From positions 186,001 to 250,000 of the forward strand of contig CM052834.1 in assembly GCA_028534125.1 (NCBI GenBank): 64,000 bases of DNA. The letters are read 5' to 3'. The DNA is from Lama glama. Taxonomy: Eukaryota. Below are positions 11,932 to 23,676 of this stretch, piece after piece. The stretch's first letter is position 1; each line of letters opens with the position of its first letter. The position numbers and the translations under genes are program-made. The notes under the pieces were generated by a model. It was not told the DNA's origin. It saw only the letters and a list, made by a program, of their open reading frames with translations, and did not search any database.

Positions 11932-11994
11932 TGCCCGACCTTCCCTGCGTACGCCGTGCAGCGGTGCAGGCCTGGCTGGAGGCGGTCTCCGGAG
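11932..11994 (+). CDS. MICAL3: Probable alternative 63-nt MICAL3 cassette exon (VPDLPCVRRAAVQAWLEAVSG)
   Basis: T-rich tract + CAG acceptor 11929-11931, GAG|GTAGTC donor, symmetric phase 1-1, no stop, two downstream TGCATG. Confidence 0.7.
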
Positions 11995-14793
11995 GTAGTC
12001 TGGTGATGTTGTTCTCTGCCCACTCACCGTAACCACTCTCTCAGCAGCTCTGCTGATACCTTAACACTGGAGTTCTGTTCCTGCCGCTAGTGCATGCCGA
12101 GGGCGGAGGGTGGGGGCACGCGCACGCCTCACTCAGGCAGCCCCTCCCTGCATGGACCAGACACACATCCCACGCCCTCCGGGGGAGATCCAGAGGAGAG
12201 AAGTGTGTGGACAGGGTGGAGAAAACTCTGTTTTACTGGCAGAGATGGAGTAGAGACCAACACTGAAGGACCATTTTAAGTCCTAGCCCTGAGATTTAAA
12301 GTCTGCAGAAATGAAGCTGGGTGGCAGCTGGGCACGACATGGAGGTGCCACTTACTGCCCTGCAGACCCGCCAGAGTGCCGAGGGGAGTGCTCGGGAGAC
12401 TGGTGCAGAACTTGCTGGTGTGAGGGGGAGCGGAGGATTGGATTGGTGGACAGTGTTCAGCTAGAAGTGGGGGCCAGGCGGGGCTCCAGACCTAGGTACA
12501 GGCATCTCTCAGCACTCGGGCCAGGAGGGAGCTCAGAACCCTCCAGTGTCCTTGGTAAACCTTTCTGGGAGGCATTTCTTAGCAAGGGGGCCACTGGCAT
12601 CCAGTAGGATGCGTAACTCCACCCTCTGAACATCGACCGGTCATGAGGACAACCAGAAACACCCTGTGCAGTGTCAGGCACCACGTGCACGAGGGCAGCG
12701 TCACCCTGGTTACTTCTAGGGTGACCAGGATTGGAGCTCGTGGGTCTGCACCCCCAGGCCTCCCGGCCCGTCCTTTGCCCTCAGGGTCACACGACGAGAG
12801 GTGCCCTCACACACAGCCAGAGGAGAGCCTGACCTGAGGCCCTTGGCTCTGTGAACAGAAACTGCTGGTCACTCTCTCCTGGTTAGTTTGTGTCCCCGGG
12901 ACGGTTGGGCAAGGCTGAGGTGGCAGGGCCTCTCACCTGGCAGCTGAAACAGACCAAGAGCTAAGTGTGTCGGCAACTCCTGGCTTCCACAGTGTGCGGC
13001 CGCTCCCAGCCTGCGCTGCGCCTCGGCCTGGACCTGATTAACCCTGGTTCCACCCCTCAGGCTGTGTCTGCTGCTGCTGCACTAATGCTTCTCACTGTTC
13101 GTTTTCTGACATGTGTGACAGTCGTTCCTTTTAAGGTACCCCTGGGGACCACAGACCCCTAACTCTCTGAGTCTACGGCAGACGTTTCTCAGAGTAGGAG
13201 AGCCGCAAGGGGGCCGCGGGGCCAGGACTGGGATCAGGCCACTCCAGTGTAGCACCTTGAACCGCGCCAGGCAGGAGTCCCGTGTCGTGCTTGCTTCCAG
13301 CGCACTTGCCAACAAAAGTGTAAATTTACCATCATGGATTGATCCGAGCATGCACGCAGGCACAGTGGGTGCCTTCCGCGGGAAGGGCCCAGGTTCTGTT
13401 TGAACCGGATCCTCCTCCCACTGTAGCGGCCTTGTGCAGCAGTGAGCTCGCTGTCCAGCAGAGCTCAGGGTGGAGGGGCACTGAGACATCTGTCTGTGTC
13501 CCAGGAGTCCCGTTCCTGGGTGTTTGACGGGCCAACCTCCTTGAGTGACCAGCAGCAGGGCTGTCTCATAAAGGCTTGAGTCCGTGGAGATGAGCGAGAG
13601 CCCCTCCAGTACTTCCACCGGCAGCAGCGCCGTCAGAGGGGGCGTCTGGGCGTGGCCAGCTCCTCGGGTGGCGCCGGGTCTCAGAAGGAGGCGCTGACTG
13701 CGGGCCTCCCACAGCTGGCGCTGATGCTGACCAACTCCAGAACTCACCTGGCTGCCCCTGGGTCAGGAAAGACATTCCAGCATCTAGAAGTGCCTGCCTC
13801 CAGTGGCCATCGCAGCCGTCCCATCTCCGGTTGTCCTTGGGCTCTGACCCCAAGGCTGCTTACGGTCCCCGCACAGCCCTGGATGCCAGGGCACAGCTTC
13901 GCAGGGCTGGGAGATGGCCGTAGCGGGGCTGCTGGGCTTGTGGCCTGGCCTCGCATCCCAGCGGGCCCCTGTGCCGCCCGGCCTGCTGGGCTTCACCCTC
14001 AGCCGTGTGCGCAGGCGGACGGCCAGCCCCTTCTCCTGAACTGAGATGGCGCTGCAGCACAGGCGCTTCACGGCTCCCCCAGAGCCCTGCTTGCTGCTTC
14101 CTGATGATCTCCTACTCCGAACCGTTAGTCTGAGTCCCGCGTGCGCAGGGCTCGGGAGCGGGGCGAGAGCGTGTGTGTGCGTGTGAGTGTCGGGGCTGCC
14201 GCCTTCTCAGGAGCAGTGAAGCTGGCTAGTGCCCTGCCTGACTGTGGTGCTGAAGGGCTGCTCTGGAGTCCAGGACACAGACTTTACCTACCCTCGTCCC
14301 TCTCCCTTGGTATCTGAATTAGCCCACGGAGGCTGCAGCGCCTGCCGTTTGACCTGGGAGGTGCACACTGTGATGCCGGGCTGAGCATGGGGCCGCAACC
14401 GAGCCACCGTTGGTCCCTCCCTGGAAGGCAGAGTTAGAAACGGCCCCTCCAGATGTGCTCCTGTGCAGGTTTGGGGACCTGTGTACATGAGGCTGTCAGC
14501 GCAGGGCTTGGGCCTGGGCTTGAGAAGCAGCATTTCCCTCCGTGCTGCTTAGGCGGAGGCTCTTCCAGCAGCTGGAGGAAGAAGAAAGCTGGCGGCCTGG
14601 GCTCTGCCCTGCTGTGAGGGAGGGCCCCCCTGCCAGCCCTGCCGCTTTCAGAATGCTCCCGGTTCTGGCACCTCCCACTTCTCCTCAGGCTCCTCACCTG
14701 GAGCCCTGGGGAACCACTCCCGCTTCCCCACCTGCCGGGTGTCCGCCTGTCCCTCTCCCTCTCTTCCTCCTCTTGAACGTTTCTGCCTTGCAG

Positions 14794-14907
14794 CTCCTTT
14801 TGACGAGGAGGAGCTGGAGGAAGACGCGGACTCAGAACCAGTGGAGAGAGAAGGGGAGGCTGTGGAGAACGGGGACACGGGGGACACCGGTGCTGAGCTG
14901 GACGATG
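14794..14907 (+). CDS. MICAL3: MICAL3 coding exon (APFDEEELEEDADSEP...GDTGAELDD), phase 1->1
   Basis: CAG acceptor 14791-14793, G|GTATGA donor; GDTGAELDD matches MICAL3. Confidence 0.93.
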
Positions 14908-15510
14908 GTATGAGACCCCAGAGCCTTTCCCCCACCCCCACCCCCACCCCCCGGAACGGAGCCAAGTGCTCTGAGCTCAGGAAGGGAAAGAAGGCACAGT
15001 AAAGCAAAAGTAAGGTACCCAGAGCTGGTGGCCATTAAGCCTCCTCGTTTGTTCCTTGTTCTGCCACTAACTTGAATGCATGTCCTTTCACCCATGTTGG
15101 ACGTGGCCTGCATTCATCAGGTTGTGGGGAGAAACCGAGCAGATTAGGGGCTTTCTACAGGGCCTTTAATCCAGCAGGTGCCCTCGGAAAGCTAGTGCCA
15201 GGAGATAGGCCGTGAGGAGGGCGGGCAGGGACGGGACTGCAGGGGTGAGAACAGTCCAGGCCCATGGTGAGGAGCCTGGCACTGGCGGTGGAGGCACCAC
15301 TGGCATCCTGGGGGCTCCATGTTACAGAGGACGTCGTGCTGTCAGCTGAGTCTCAGAGGCTGGGAGACCAGAGTGCAGGGCCCGGCCGGGGTGCCGATGC
15401 AGGTTGGACCTCAGGCTGCAGCTGATGGCCTGAAGGGCTGTCTCCATGGCGCCGGGAGCCTGAGAAGGAGCACGACTCACTCCAGGTCTGTGCTTGCTTC
15501 CCTCTGCCAG

Positions 15511-15663
15511 ATCAGCACTGGTCTGACGACGCCCCATCCCTGTCAGAGGCCGGCACGGAGCTGCAGGTGCAGCACCAGGCGGCGGCGGGAGCCAGGCTGG
15601 AGCTGAGGGTGTCGGAAGGCGGGGAGGAGACACCTCCCGCCACAGCAGGGCGCGGAGAGAGAG
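15511..15663 (+). CDS. MICAL3: MICAL3 coding exon (DQHWSDDAPS...LELRVSEGGEE...GER), phase 1->1
   Basis: CAG acceptor 15508-15510, G|GTACGT donor; DQHWSD and LELRVSE motifs. Confidence 0.92.
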
Positions 15664-15804
15664 GTACGTGTGCTGTGCTGGGGAAGCCTTCCTCCCCTGC
15701 CTGGCTGACAGCCCTGCCCCTTTTACCCCAAATCTTTGGACTCAGATTGTACCCCCAGCAGGCGGAGGCGTTTCCTCTTGCAAATCCTGCATCTGCTTTT
15801 TCAG

Positions 15805-15887
15805 GTCCCTCTCATGTCTCCAGCCCCATCTGGCCCCCTGAGGAGCAAGCGGCCCTGCCATCCCCAGCCCACAGCCCCGGGGCACAG
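15805..15887 (+). CDS. MICAL3: MICAL3 coding exon (GPSHVSSPIWPPEEQAALPSPAHSPGAQ), phase 1->0
   Basis: TTTTTCAG acceptor, CAG|GTGAGG donor; frame fits both neighbours. Confidence 0.88.
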
Positions 15888-16777
15888 GTGAGGGTTCGGG
15901 ACTCCCTAAGGAGGCAGAGCTGAGGGAACCCCTTGGGGCCCTGGGTGGGAACCCATTTTTTTTGCTTCTGGTGCTGAGGGAGCTGTTAGAACAGGAGTGG
16001 CCTTGGGCTTCCAGCTCAATCTGGGCAGCACCTCCTTGAGCCTGCTGTGTACCCATCCCACACCACTGTTCCTCTCTATGTGTCCACAGATCATGCCACG
16101 TTAAAAATAAATTGATTTTTAAGTTAAAGCAATAACATGCATGGAATCACTGGTCTGGTAAGACATGCATTTCTCCTTAATGCTATGTCGAAATGAATGT
16201 ATGATTTTTAAATTAAAAATCCTTACCCAGACGATCAGTGGTTTTTAAACCACACGTTGCAGGACGCCACATAAATGCAGTGCGTTCTGTGGGCACGTTT
16301 TAGGAGACACCATGTGGAGGACAGAGCAGGGAGGACAGAGCTCCTGCTGGCTTGGTCTTTGGGGCCCTGAGGAGCAAGGTGGTTTAGGTGATTTCATCTG
16401 AGATGAGGCTGGGAAGGGGCAAGAGGGACACTTGTGAGACCGACTGTAATGAACGCTGTTCGGAATCCCTCACGCTGGAGGGCCCTGTGCTCATGCGCCG
16501 GAGATCCTGGAGCTCTTGGGGTTGGTGAGTGTCTAGGGCTGCCCTTCAGTGCCCAAAGGACACAGAGTGCACTTGGGGTGAACCGAACCTGAAGGCTGAG
16601 TGTGCTCGCTGGACGAAGGGTTCCGAAGCTTGGCAAACAGAGCAGAAAGGGGGGCGTCCTGGCGCCTGACCGTAGCCCCAGGACAGCAGCTCAGGTTGGC
16701 GAGAATGACGCTAGGGTCTCTGAGGGCCGACAGATCCCAGCCTTCTCAGCAGCTCCTGTCACCCTGCTTTCCCACAG

Positions 16778-18464
16778 AGCGCCCGAGCCCTGCTGGTCTC
16801 TGCTGTTTCTGCTACCACTGGGGTGGGGCTACCCACGGACAGCCCCGTGCCTGAGCCCCCAGCCCCCCAGGGGGAGCCCACAGCCGGACCACCTGTCCAG
16901 TTACAGCCGGAAGCCAGGACGCCACCCTCGCCTGCCAGCCCACAGCACCGGTCCCCGCTGGCCTCCCTCCCCATCTGCTCTCAGCCCCAGCCCTCCTCCG
17001 AGGCCACTGTGCCGTCCCCCACTGTGTCCCCTATACGCTTCCAGCCCGTGCCAGCCAGAACATCCACCCCACTGGCCCCCCTCCCCGCGAAGAGGCAAGG
17101 GGACACCAAGGACACACTGGGCAGCCCCCTCGCTGGGGATGAGGCCCTGAGGCGCAGCGACCTGGTGGCGGAGTTCTGGATGAAGAGCGCTGAGATCCGC
17201 CGCAGCCTGGGGCTCACGCCCGTGTGTCGGGGCCCCACACCCACCCTCCAGCCCGTGTCCCCAAAGGTCTATGCAGCTGAGAAGTCCCCACAGGGTGAAG
17301 GGCTCCATCTCCTGAAGCCCCCACCTATCCCCACCCCTGGGTCCCCACCCGAGAGGGAGCTGACGAGTTCACGGGAGGAGCACAGAGATCCATCCAGCAG
17401 CTCTGGGCTGGGCCTGCAGGGCAGCTCCTCCCACACCAGGACGCCAGGCAGCCAGAGCCTCAACACCTCGGACTCCACCATGCTCACGCCCCCCTCCAGC
17501 CCACCACCCCCACCCCCCGACGAAGAGCCCGCGACCCTTCATAGGAGCAGGAAGCCAGCCCTCGTTGGGGAGCCCCAAGCCCTGCCACCCCCACCAGTCA
17601 CCCTCACTCGGCCCCACCGGGAACCCACCCAGCCCCACCGTGAGGAGGCACGGAAGTCATTCGTGGAGAGCGTGGACGAGATCCCCTTTGCGGACGATGT
17701 GGAGGACACGTATGACGACCGGACAGAGGACTCAAGTCTGCAGGAGACATTCTTCACACCCCCCTCCTGCTGGGCCCTACCCGAGAAGCCACCCCAGCTG
17801 CCCCAGGCCAAGGAGAACGGTAGGGGGCCGCCAGTGGAGAGTGGGGCCCAGCTGCAGAAGCGGGGGCTGCCGCTGGTCTCCGCAGAAGCCAAGGAGCTGG
17901 CCACCCAGCGCATGCGGGCCCGGGAGAAGTCTGTGAGGAGCCAGGCCCTGAGGGATGCCATGGCCAGGCAGCTGAGCCGGATGAAGGAGGACACGGTGGC
18001 CACGACCCCCAAGAACCCCCAGACCCCTGTGTCCCTCAGAACTGCCGCTGGCCCCTCTCAGGGCAGGGGACCTGGCCCCCAGGGCCCTGCGGAGCCCACC
18101 CTGAGGCACGAGGCCGTGAGTGAGGAGGTCCTGTCCCCTCCCTCGGACTCAGGGGGCCCAGACGGCTCGGTCACCTCGTCTGAGGGCTCCAGCGGGAAGA
18201 GCAAGAAGCGGTCGTCACTCTTCTCTCCCCGCAGAAACAAGAAGGAGAAGAAGCCCAAGGGTGAGGGCCAGCCCCCAGAGAGGCCCAGCCCCAGCCCTCT
18301 GGAGGAGGTAGCCACCAAGCCCAGGTCCCTGTGGAAGTCTGTCTTCTCCGGGTACCGGCGGGACAGGAAGAAGAAGGGGGACGACCGGTCCTGCTCCAGC
18401 ACCCCTTCCAGTGGGGCCACCGTGGACACCAGCCAGCCCAGGGCGTCTCCTGTCGTGAGAGCAG
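16778..18464 (+). CDS. MICAL3: MICAL3 large 1687-nt Pro/Ser-rich coding exon, phase 0->1
   Basis: CAG acceptor 16775-16777 in frame with ORF 16823; motifs EFWMKSAEIRRSLGL, KSFVESVDEIPFADDVEDTYDD, KSKKRSSLFSPRRNKK; CAG|GTAGGG donor. Confidence 0.96.
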
Positions 18465-18724
18465 GTAGGGCGGCTCCTGGGCCCCTCCCAGACAGAGCCC
18501 CTGCAGTTCCTCTTGAAAGACCCACTTCCCATGCCCCCGTGTGCAGCCTGGGCCGGGGCACATCTGTGCGGTTGGGCTCTGCGCTGCCCGGAAGCGTTAG
18601 CGTCCAAGCTCGTGGCTCCCAGCCTGAGGCGGACTCGGACTGGGAAGAGACCACCCCTCCACCCACTCCCCTGGGGGCACCGGCGCTGCTGGTCACTATC
18701 CTTGTTCTGCCTCTGCTTCCCTAG

Positions 18725-18819
18725 AGCTGCGGCCGCGGCACCAGCGGAGCTGCTCGGAGGACTCGGACCTCTCCAGCGATGACGTCCTTGAGAGGGCCTC
18801 CCAGAAGTCCAGGCGAGAG
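18725..18819 (+). CDS. MICAL3: MICAL3 coding exon (ELRPRHQRSCSEDSDLSSDDVLERASQKSRRE), phase 1->0
   Basis: TAG acceptor 18722-18724, GAG|GTGTGT donor; SEDSDLSSDDVLE motif. Confidence 0.94.
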
Positions 18820-21425
18820 GTGTGTGGGCCGCGGGCCTCAACTCTGTGTGCTGCTCAGCCCCTTGTCTGACCCCAACCCACGCGCAGCTGAGCCCCGGCC
18901 CGGCCAGTGTCCAGGCCAGGGCAGGAAAGGTGCTCTCCCCCGTGGCGAGAGCTGTGTGTTCTCCCTGTAAAGCAGGCAGATGTTCGTGTCCAGAGATTCA
19001 CTGTGGGCTCTGTCGTTCCTTCCTCTGTCCCGGAAACTCCCTTGCAGGGCAGAGCCTGCCAGTGCCCAGGGGGCTGGGGTGGGCTGGTCTCTGAGGAGGG
19101 GTCCTGCCAGCCTGTCCTCTATATCCATTTGTGGACTTGAGAGGAGGTTCTGCTCCTGAGGCACGGGCCCAGGAGACCCGCCCTGCTTCTGTGCCAAGTC
19201 AGGCATTGTGGGTCTGCCTTGGCCCCTCTCATGGCCCAGGCTCTGGGGACAGCGTGGCCCCTCAGCTGTCCTGCACAGTGAGCCGTCTGTGTGCGGGGCA
19301 CCCCCATCGCTAGTCACTTGGGCGTCTGTTCCGACGTGTGACCTCTAGGGGCTCCCATAGCTTTTTCTGGACACAGTGGAGCTGGCGGGGAGGGGTCACA
19401 GAAAGTTCTCACCAGGCACCCATGTCTCAGACACAGCAATGGGGTGGGGGCTGCGGTCCAGGAAGGCTGGTGACACACAGCAGGGGGCTGTCTCCATGGT
19501 CCAGCCCTGGGGCCCACACCTGCCCTCCAGGCCGAGGTCCCAGCCCAGCTCCTCAGCTCCCTTTCTTGAGTTAATTCCCCTGGAACATCAAGCATCTCCC
19601 TTAAGGGTTCCCAGGGTTTGTGCTGGAGTCTTCCCTGGGCACTGCCCTCCAGGGCAGCCACGCATCACAGCCCTGCAGTGCCCGTTCAGGGGGGGCGACT
19701 CCTTCAGGCCCAGTTTCCTCTCCAGTAACGTGGGAACTGGACAAAGCCTTTTGTTCCCAGCCTGTTTTTTGTTTGCTCGCCCCCCTCAGCCACGTAGCGC
19801 TCTGCCCACCCACTGTCCTGGGGGTACCCAGGCCTCTCGTCCACCCCACCCGTCTGAGAGTCAGGCAAGCATGCAGTTTGGGCTGGACAGGGGCCTCCCC
19901 AGGGGCCTGGCTGCATGAGCCCCGAGCTTTGAGTCCAGCCAGTGCACAGGCCGGGGCGGGAAGGGTGCTCCCCTCCAGGGACTCCCTGCCGTGCTTTCCA
20001 GCAGTAATACCGGTACCAACGTGAGAATCACTTCTGGGGACATGTGGATCTCCCATCTTGTCCTGGCATTGGGGGCGGCCGTGCCTAGGGGGCCCTGGGG
20101 GTCATGACAGGGCTGAGTGTGGACGAGGTCCACTGCTGCAGGGCAGGCCCACAGGCGTCATCTTATGCTGGTCAGATGTGTCCATCTGTGCTGCTCTGGT
20201 GGTCAGGGCCCATCTCAGGATCACTCTGACCACAGCCTTCCCAGGCCTCCAGGATGAGGTGCCCTTCCCCTGGATCCCACGTGTGTCCTGCACAGCAGAG
20301 CCCTCGGCTGGAGGCCACGCAGGAGAGCGGGGCTGCGCGTGGGCCGTGGGGTCATGGTGTGGCGCTGGGCGGGCGAGGGCCAGGTGCTGGGGCAGAGAAA
20401 CAGTAGAAACAAACGCGGGTCGGGATGTCTGACCGTGATCTCACGGGTCTCCGTGGCGTCACCGGTGCCTGGTTCCCCTGAGCTGTTAGGATAAAGTGCT
20501 TCTGTCCCAGGAAGAGAGACTTTGTTACCAGAGGCAGCGTCCCGCCAGGCAGGTGGAGGTGTCATCCCTCTGCCCCTGGAGTCAGTGAATCACTGGCCCC
20601 TTTTGTTAAATACTTAAGTGCTGGTCTCGGGCTGCTGTTGTCAGTTCCTGTGGAGTTTTTCTTTTGCCTCGGGAGAAACTGCCTGTCTCCTCTTTTAGCT
20701 GTCTTCTGATGACAATGAAACCCTTCTCTCACTCTGGCTTGAGGCAGGATGTGTCCTTGGCCAGCTGAGGCCAGCTGGGAGGCACAGGATTCTTCTCAGC
20801 AGCTGTGCCCCTCCGGCCTGGAGAAGCGGCCCCACCCTGCCCTTTAACCTCCCACGAGGCTGCTCTGCTCGAGGCTCAGTGGGTGAGAAGAGGTGCCACA
20901 AAACGCAGTGTTCGCGGTGGGTGTCGGTTATCCGAGCCGTCTGTGTCCAGGCAGGAGGTGCCGCCCCCAGGGACACCACCGGGAGAGAGATGCGGAGTTG
21001 ATTCGCGCTGGCCTTTGTCTCCCGTCGCCTGACCCCCAGCCGGTGCCCTGCGGCATTCGCTAGAGGAAGGAGTCTGAACTTGCACAAGCAAGATGGGTTG
21101 CTGAGGGAGAAATGGTCACTTTACATGCAAGGGAGACTGATGAGCAAGCAGAGGAGATTTGGGGCAAGTGAGGAAGGAGCTTCTCTCATCAGCAAAGTGA
21201 CCCCCAGGCCTTGTTCAGATGGGTTCACTGAGGTGCCACTGCTGGGGTCTCACCCCCAGCCCACACTCGGCTGTCCTGGGTGACACTGAAAAGTAATTGT
21301 GTGTCCTAGTGTTAAGTGTTTATTTTAAACTTCTAGCTGATTTTGCCCCGTTCTGTGTTCTGTTCCTAATTTTTAATCGTTCCCATTGCTGTTCTGTTTT
21401 GTTTCCCATCACATCCCCTTAAAAG

Positions 21426-21461
21426 TTGGTTTATGTTCCACATGCCTCGGTTCAGGAGAAG
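21426..21461 (+). CDS. MICAL3: Candidate alternative 36-nt MICAL3 microexon (LVYVPHASVQEK), phase 0-0
   Basis: Long T/C tract about 21330-21420, AAG acceptor 21423-21425, AAG|GTGGGT donor; YVPHA resembles a vertebrate MICAL3 alternative exon I recall at this junction. Confidence 0.5.
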
Positions 21462-22482
21462 GTGGGTACCAAAGGCATTGTCCCACTCCCCCCACCCCGG
21501 CGGGCCCGCCAGCCCCACCCTCACCAACCATGTCATCCAGCCCCGCAGGACAGAGGGTGTGACACCCTGCTCTCCGCAGGCTGGAGGATGTGTGTTGCTT
21601 CCACCCAGAGGCCATGGGGAGCAGGGCTGTCCTGGGGACTGGACGCTGCAGGAACTGGGAGTTCACGAGTCCTGGGCTCCGTGAGCTGCAGAGCAGACAC
21701 CTGGGACGCTGGAACCCCGAGTCTGCTGTCCGTGCCGGCAGGATACACTAGGGGTTGAATTTGCAAGTTCCTTTAAAGTCCATAAATGCTCCTTTTTTTA
21801 TCTTCCTGGAGACATCTGCCTCCCAGCAGTCACCCCAGTCATTCACAGTTGCACTGTGTTTGGCCAGATGCCCCCTCGGTTCTTGACGGCGCACAGCCCT
21901 GCCAGACCATGTCCTCCCTCCTCTCAGTGTGCAGGCCCCAGAGTCTGTCCAGGATCACCTCACCCCTTCTTCTGCCTGCATTAGTTAGTTTGGGTTCACT
22001 CTGACTTAACATAGAAGCATCCCTGTTTACTTCCGATGTCACGTCTGAAGAGAACCTTGTAAACAGCGCTCATCTGAAGAAAGTGACTTTCAACACCACA
22101 CATACAGAAGGATCCTTGTTTTTCTTTTTCCTTTCCCTATATGCCTCCTATGAGCAGGAGGCTTGGGGAAACTGACCAGCGCTTTTACCCCTGCAGTGTT
22201 GAATAGAGCAGACCTCCTTCCATGGGAATGAGTGAGCCCAGCGATAAAGATGCTGGTCTTTGTCCTTCTAACTTGCTGGCAGTCAGTGTGCACTCAGCCT
22301 CCTGTCCTTGCACCCTGGGGAGTGTCTCCAGGCAGGTTTCCAGGTGCCCTGTGGTATGTGGGGCTCCCACAGGGACAAGGGCCTGGGTGTCTGCACACGC
22401 CTCGCCCTCGCCTGCCCTCTGGTCCCCACGCCCTGCCAACAAGCGCACACCTAACTGAGGAAGCCCTTCTCTCTCCCTCCAG

Positions 22483-22593
22483 CCAAGAACTTACACGGAG
22501 GAGGAGCTGAACGCCAAGCTGACCCGGCGGGTGCAGAAGGCAGCTCGGAGGCAGGCCAAGCAGGAGGAGCTAAAGCGTCTACACCGCGCCCAG
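22483..22593 (+). CDS. MICAL3: MICAL3 coding exon (PRTYTEEELNAKLTRRVQKAARRQAKQEELKRLHRAQ), start of coiled-coil/bMERB region
   Basis: CAG acceptor, CAG|GTGAGT donor; peptide matches MICAL3 as recalled. Confidence 0.97.
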
Positions 22594-23582
22594 GTGAGTA
22601 GGGAAAGCCACCTCCTCCCCCTAGCTGGTCCCCGTGCAGATGAGGGCAGAGCAAAAGCAGGCGGGCTGTCCCTCACCTGAGCCCCTGCCTTGATGGGACC
22701 ACAGCAGCCTAGTCTGGGGGTATTTGTTGGCAGAGGGAGGAGCTGAGCTTGAGTTTCCTGGACCCCCAGCTCTGGGGTGGTCGCTGTGAGGCCAGCCGGT
22801 TCACCTGCAAGAGCTGCTGTCCGTAGGCAGCAGTGACCGACTGGCCTCTGATGGGGCTGGGATTTAGAGGTCAGAGAGATCCTGTGGTACCCAGGCCATT
22901 CCAGATTTTTTTTTTTTTTTGCAAAAAGTAATTTCTTAATGCAAAGTGTGAAAAGATACCTAAATACGATGTGGATTTTTAGGTGAAAGCACATGTACAT
23001 GATTCTGTTCATAAAGATTAGCACAGTAATCAAGTCCACAACGATGAGAAACACCAACAGCAAGTCAGCACTGATGAAGACGTCCCTCTGGGGCCACAGT
23101 TCGCCCTGGACCCCTTGTCGCTTAGTCCTTCTTAGTCCTTTCCTTGGACTTCAGTCTGGGTCCGCGTACCCTGCGTGACTGGGTGCCTGCATTGTGTTTC
23201 GTTTTCTGTGTGAAAATGTCATCAGCTGCTGCTTTGGGGTGGACCATCTCCTGGGGGTCCTCTACGCACTTCCACACAGGTCCTGGCTTGTCATCCACGG
23301 GACGCAGGGACAGGATTTCTACAAGACTGAGGAGCCGCACTGGCACTGTAGGAACCTCCCCTTCAGGACCTGCCCCCAGGCGTCCACTGCTTCCTTCCCA
23401 GAACCTGCCCGAGAGGGGCTGGCCCTCCCACGTCGGCCAGGCCATGCCTGCGGTGCTCACCAGCGAAGGGCCTGGCAGGCCGCCGGATGCGATGCGCAGT
23501 CTCCGTGCAGCGATCCGAGCAGCCCCCAGTGGTCCACCGCATCTGTTCGCCTCCCTCCCTGACCCTGCTGTGTTGCCTGCAG

Positions 23583-23676
23583 ATCATCCAGCGGCAGCTG
23601 GAGCAGGTGGAGGAGAAACAGCGGCAGCTGGAGGAGAGAGGGGTCGCCGTGGAGAAGGCGCTCCGAGGGGAAGCAG
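23583..23676 (+). CDS. MICAL3: MICAL3 bMERB exon (IIQRQLEQVEEKQRQLEERGVAVEKALRGEA), phase 0->1
   Basis: CAG acceptor 23580-23582, CAG|GTACAG donor; bMERB helix-1 signature LEERGVAVEKALR. Confidence 0.97.

Noticed and set aside
18465-18724. Read-through of the large exon ending in hydrophobic ALLVTILVLPLLP* (tail-anchor-like)
   Set aside because: The hydrophobic tail is just the translated polypyrimidine tract and the stop is the acceptor TAG; retention would likely trigger NMD
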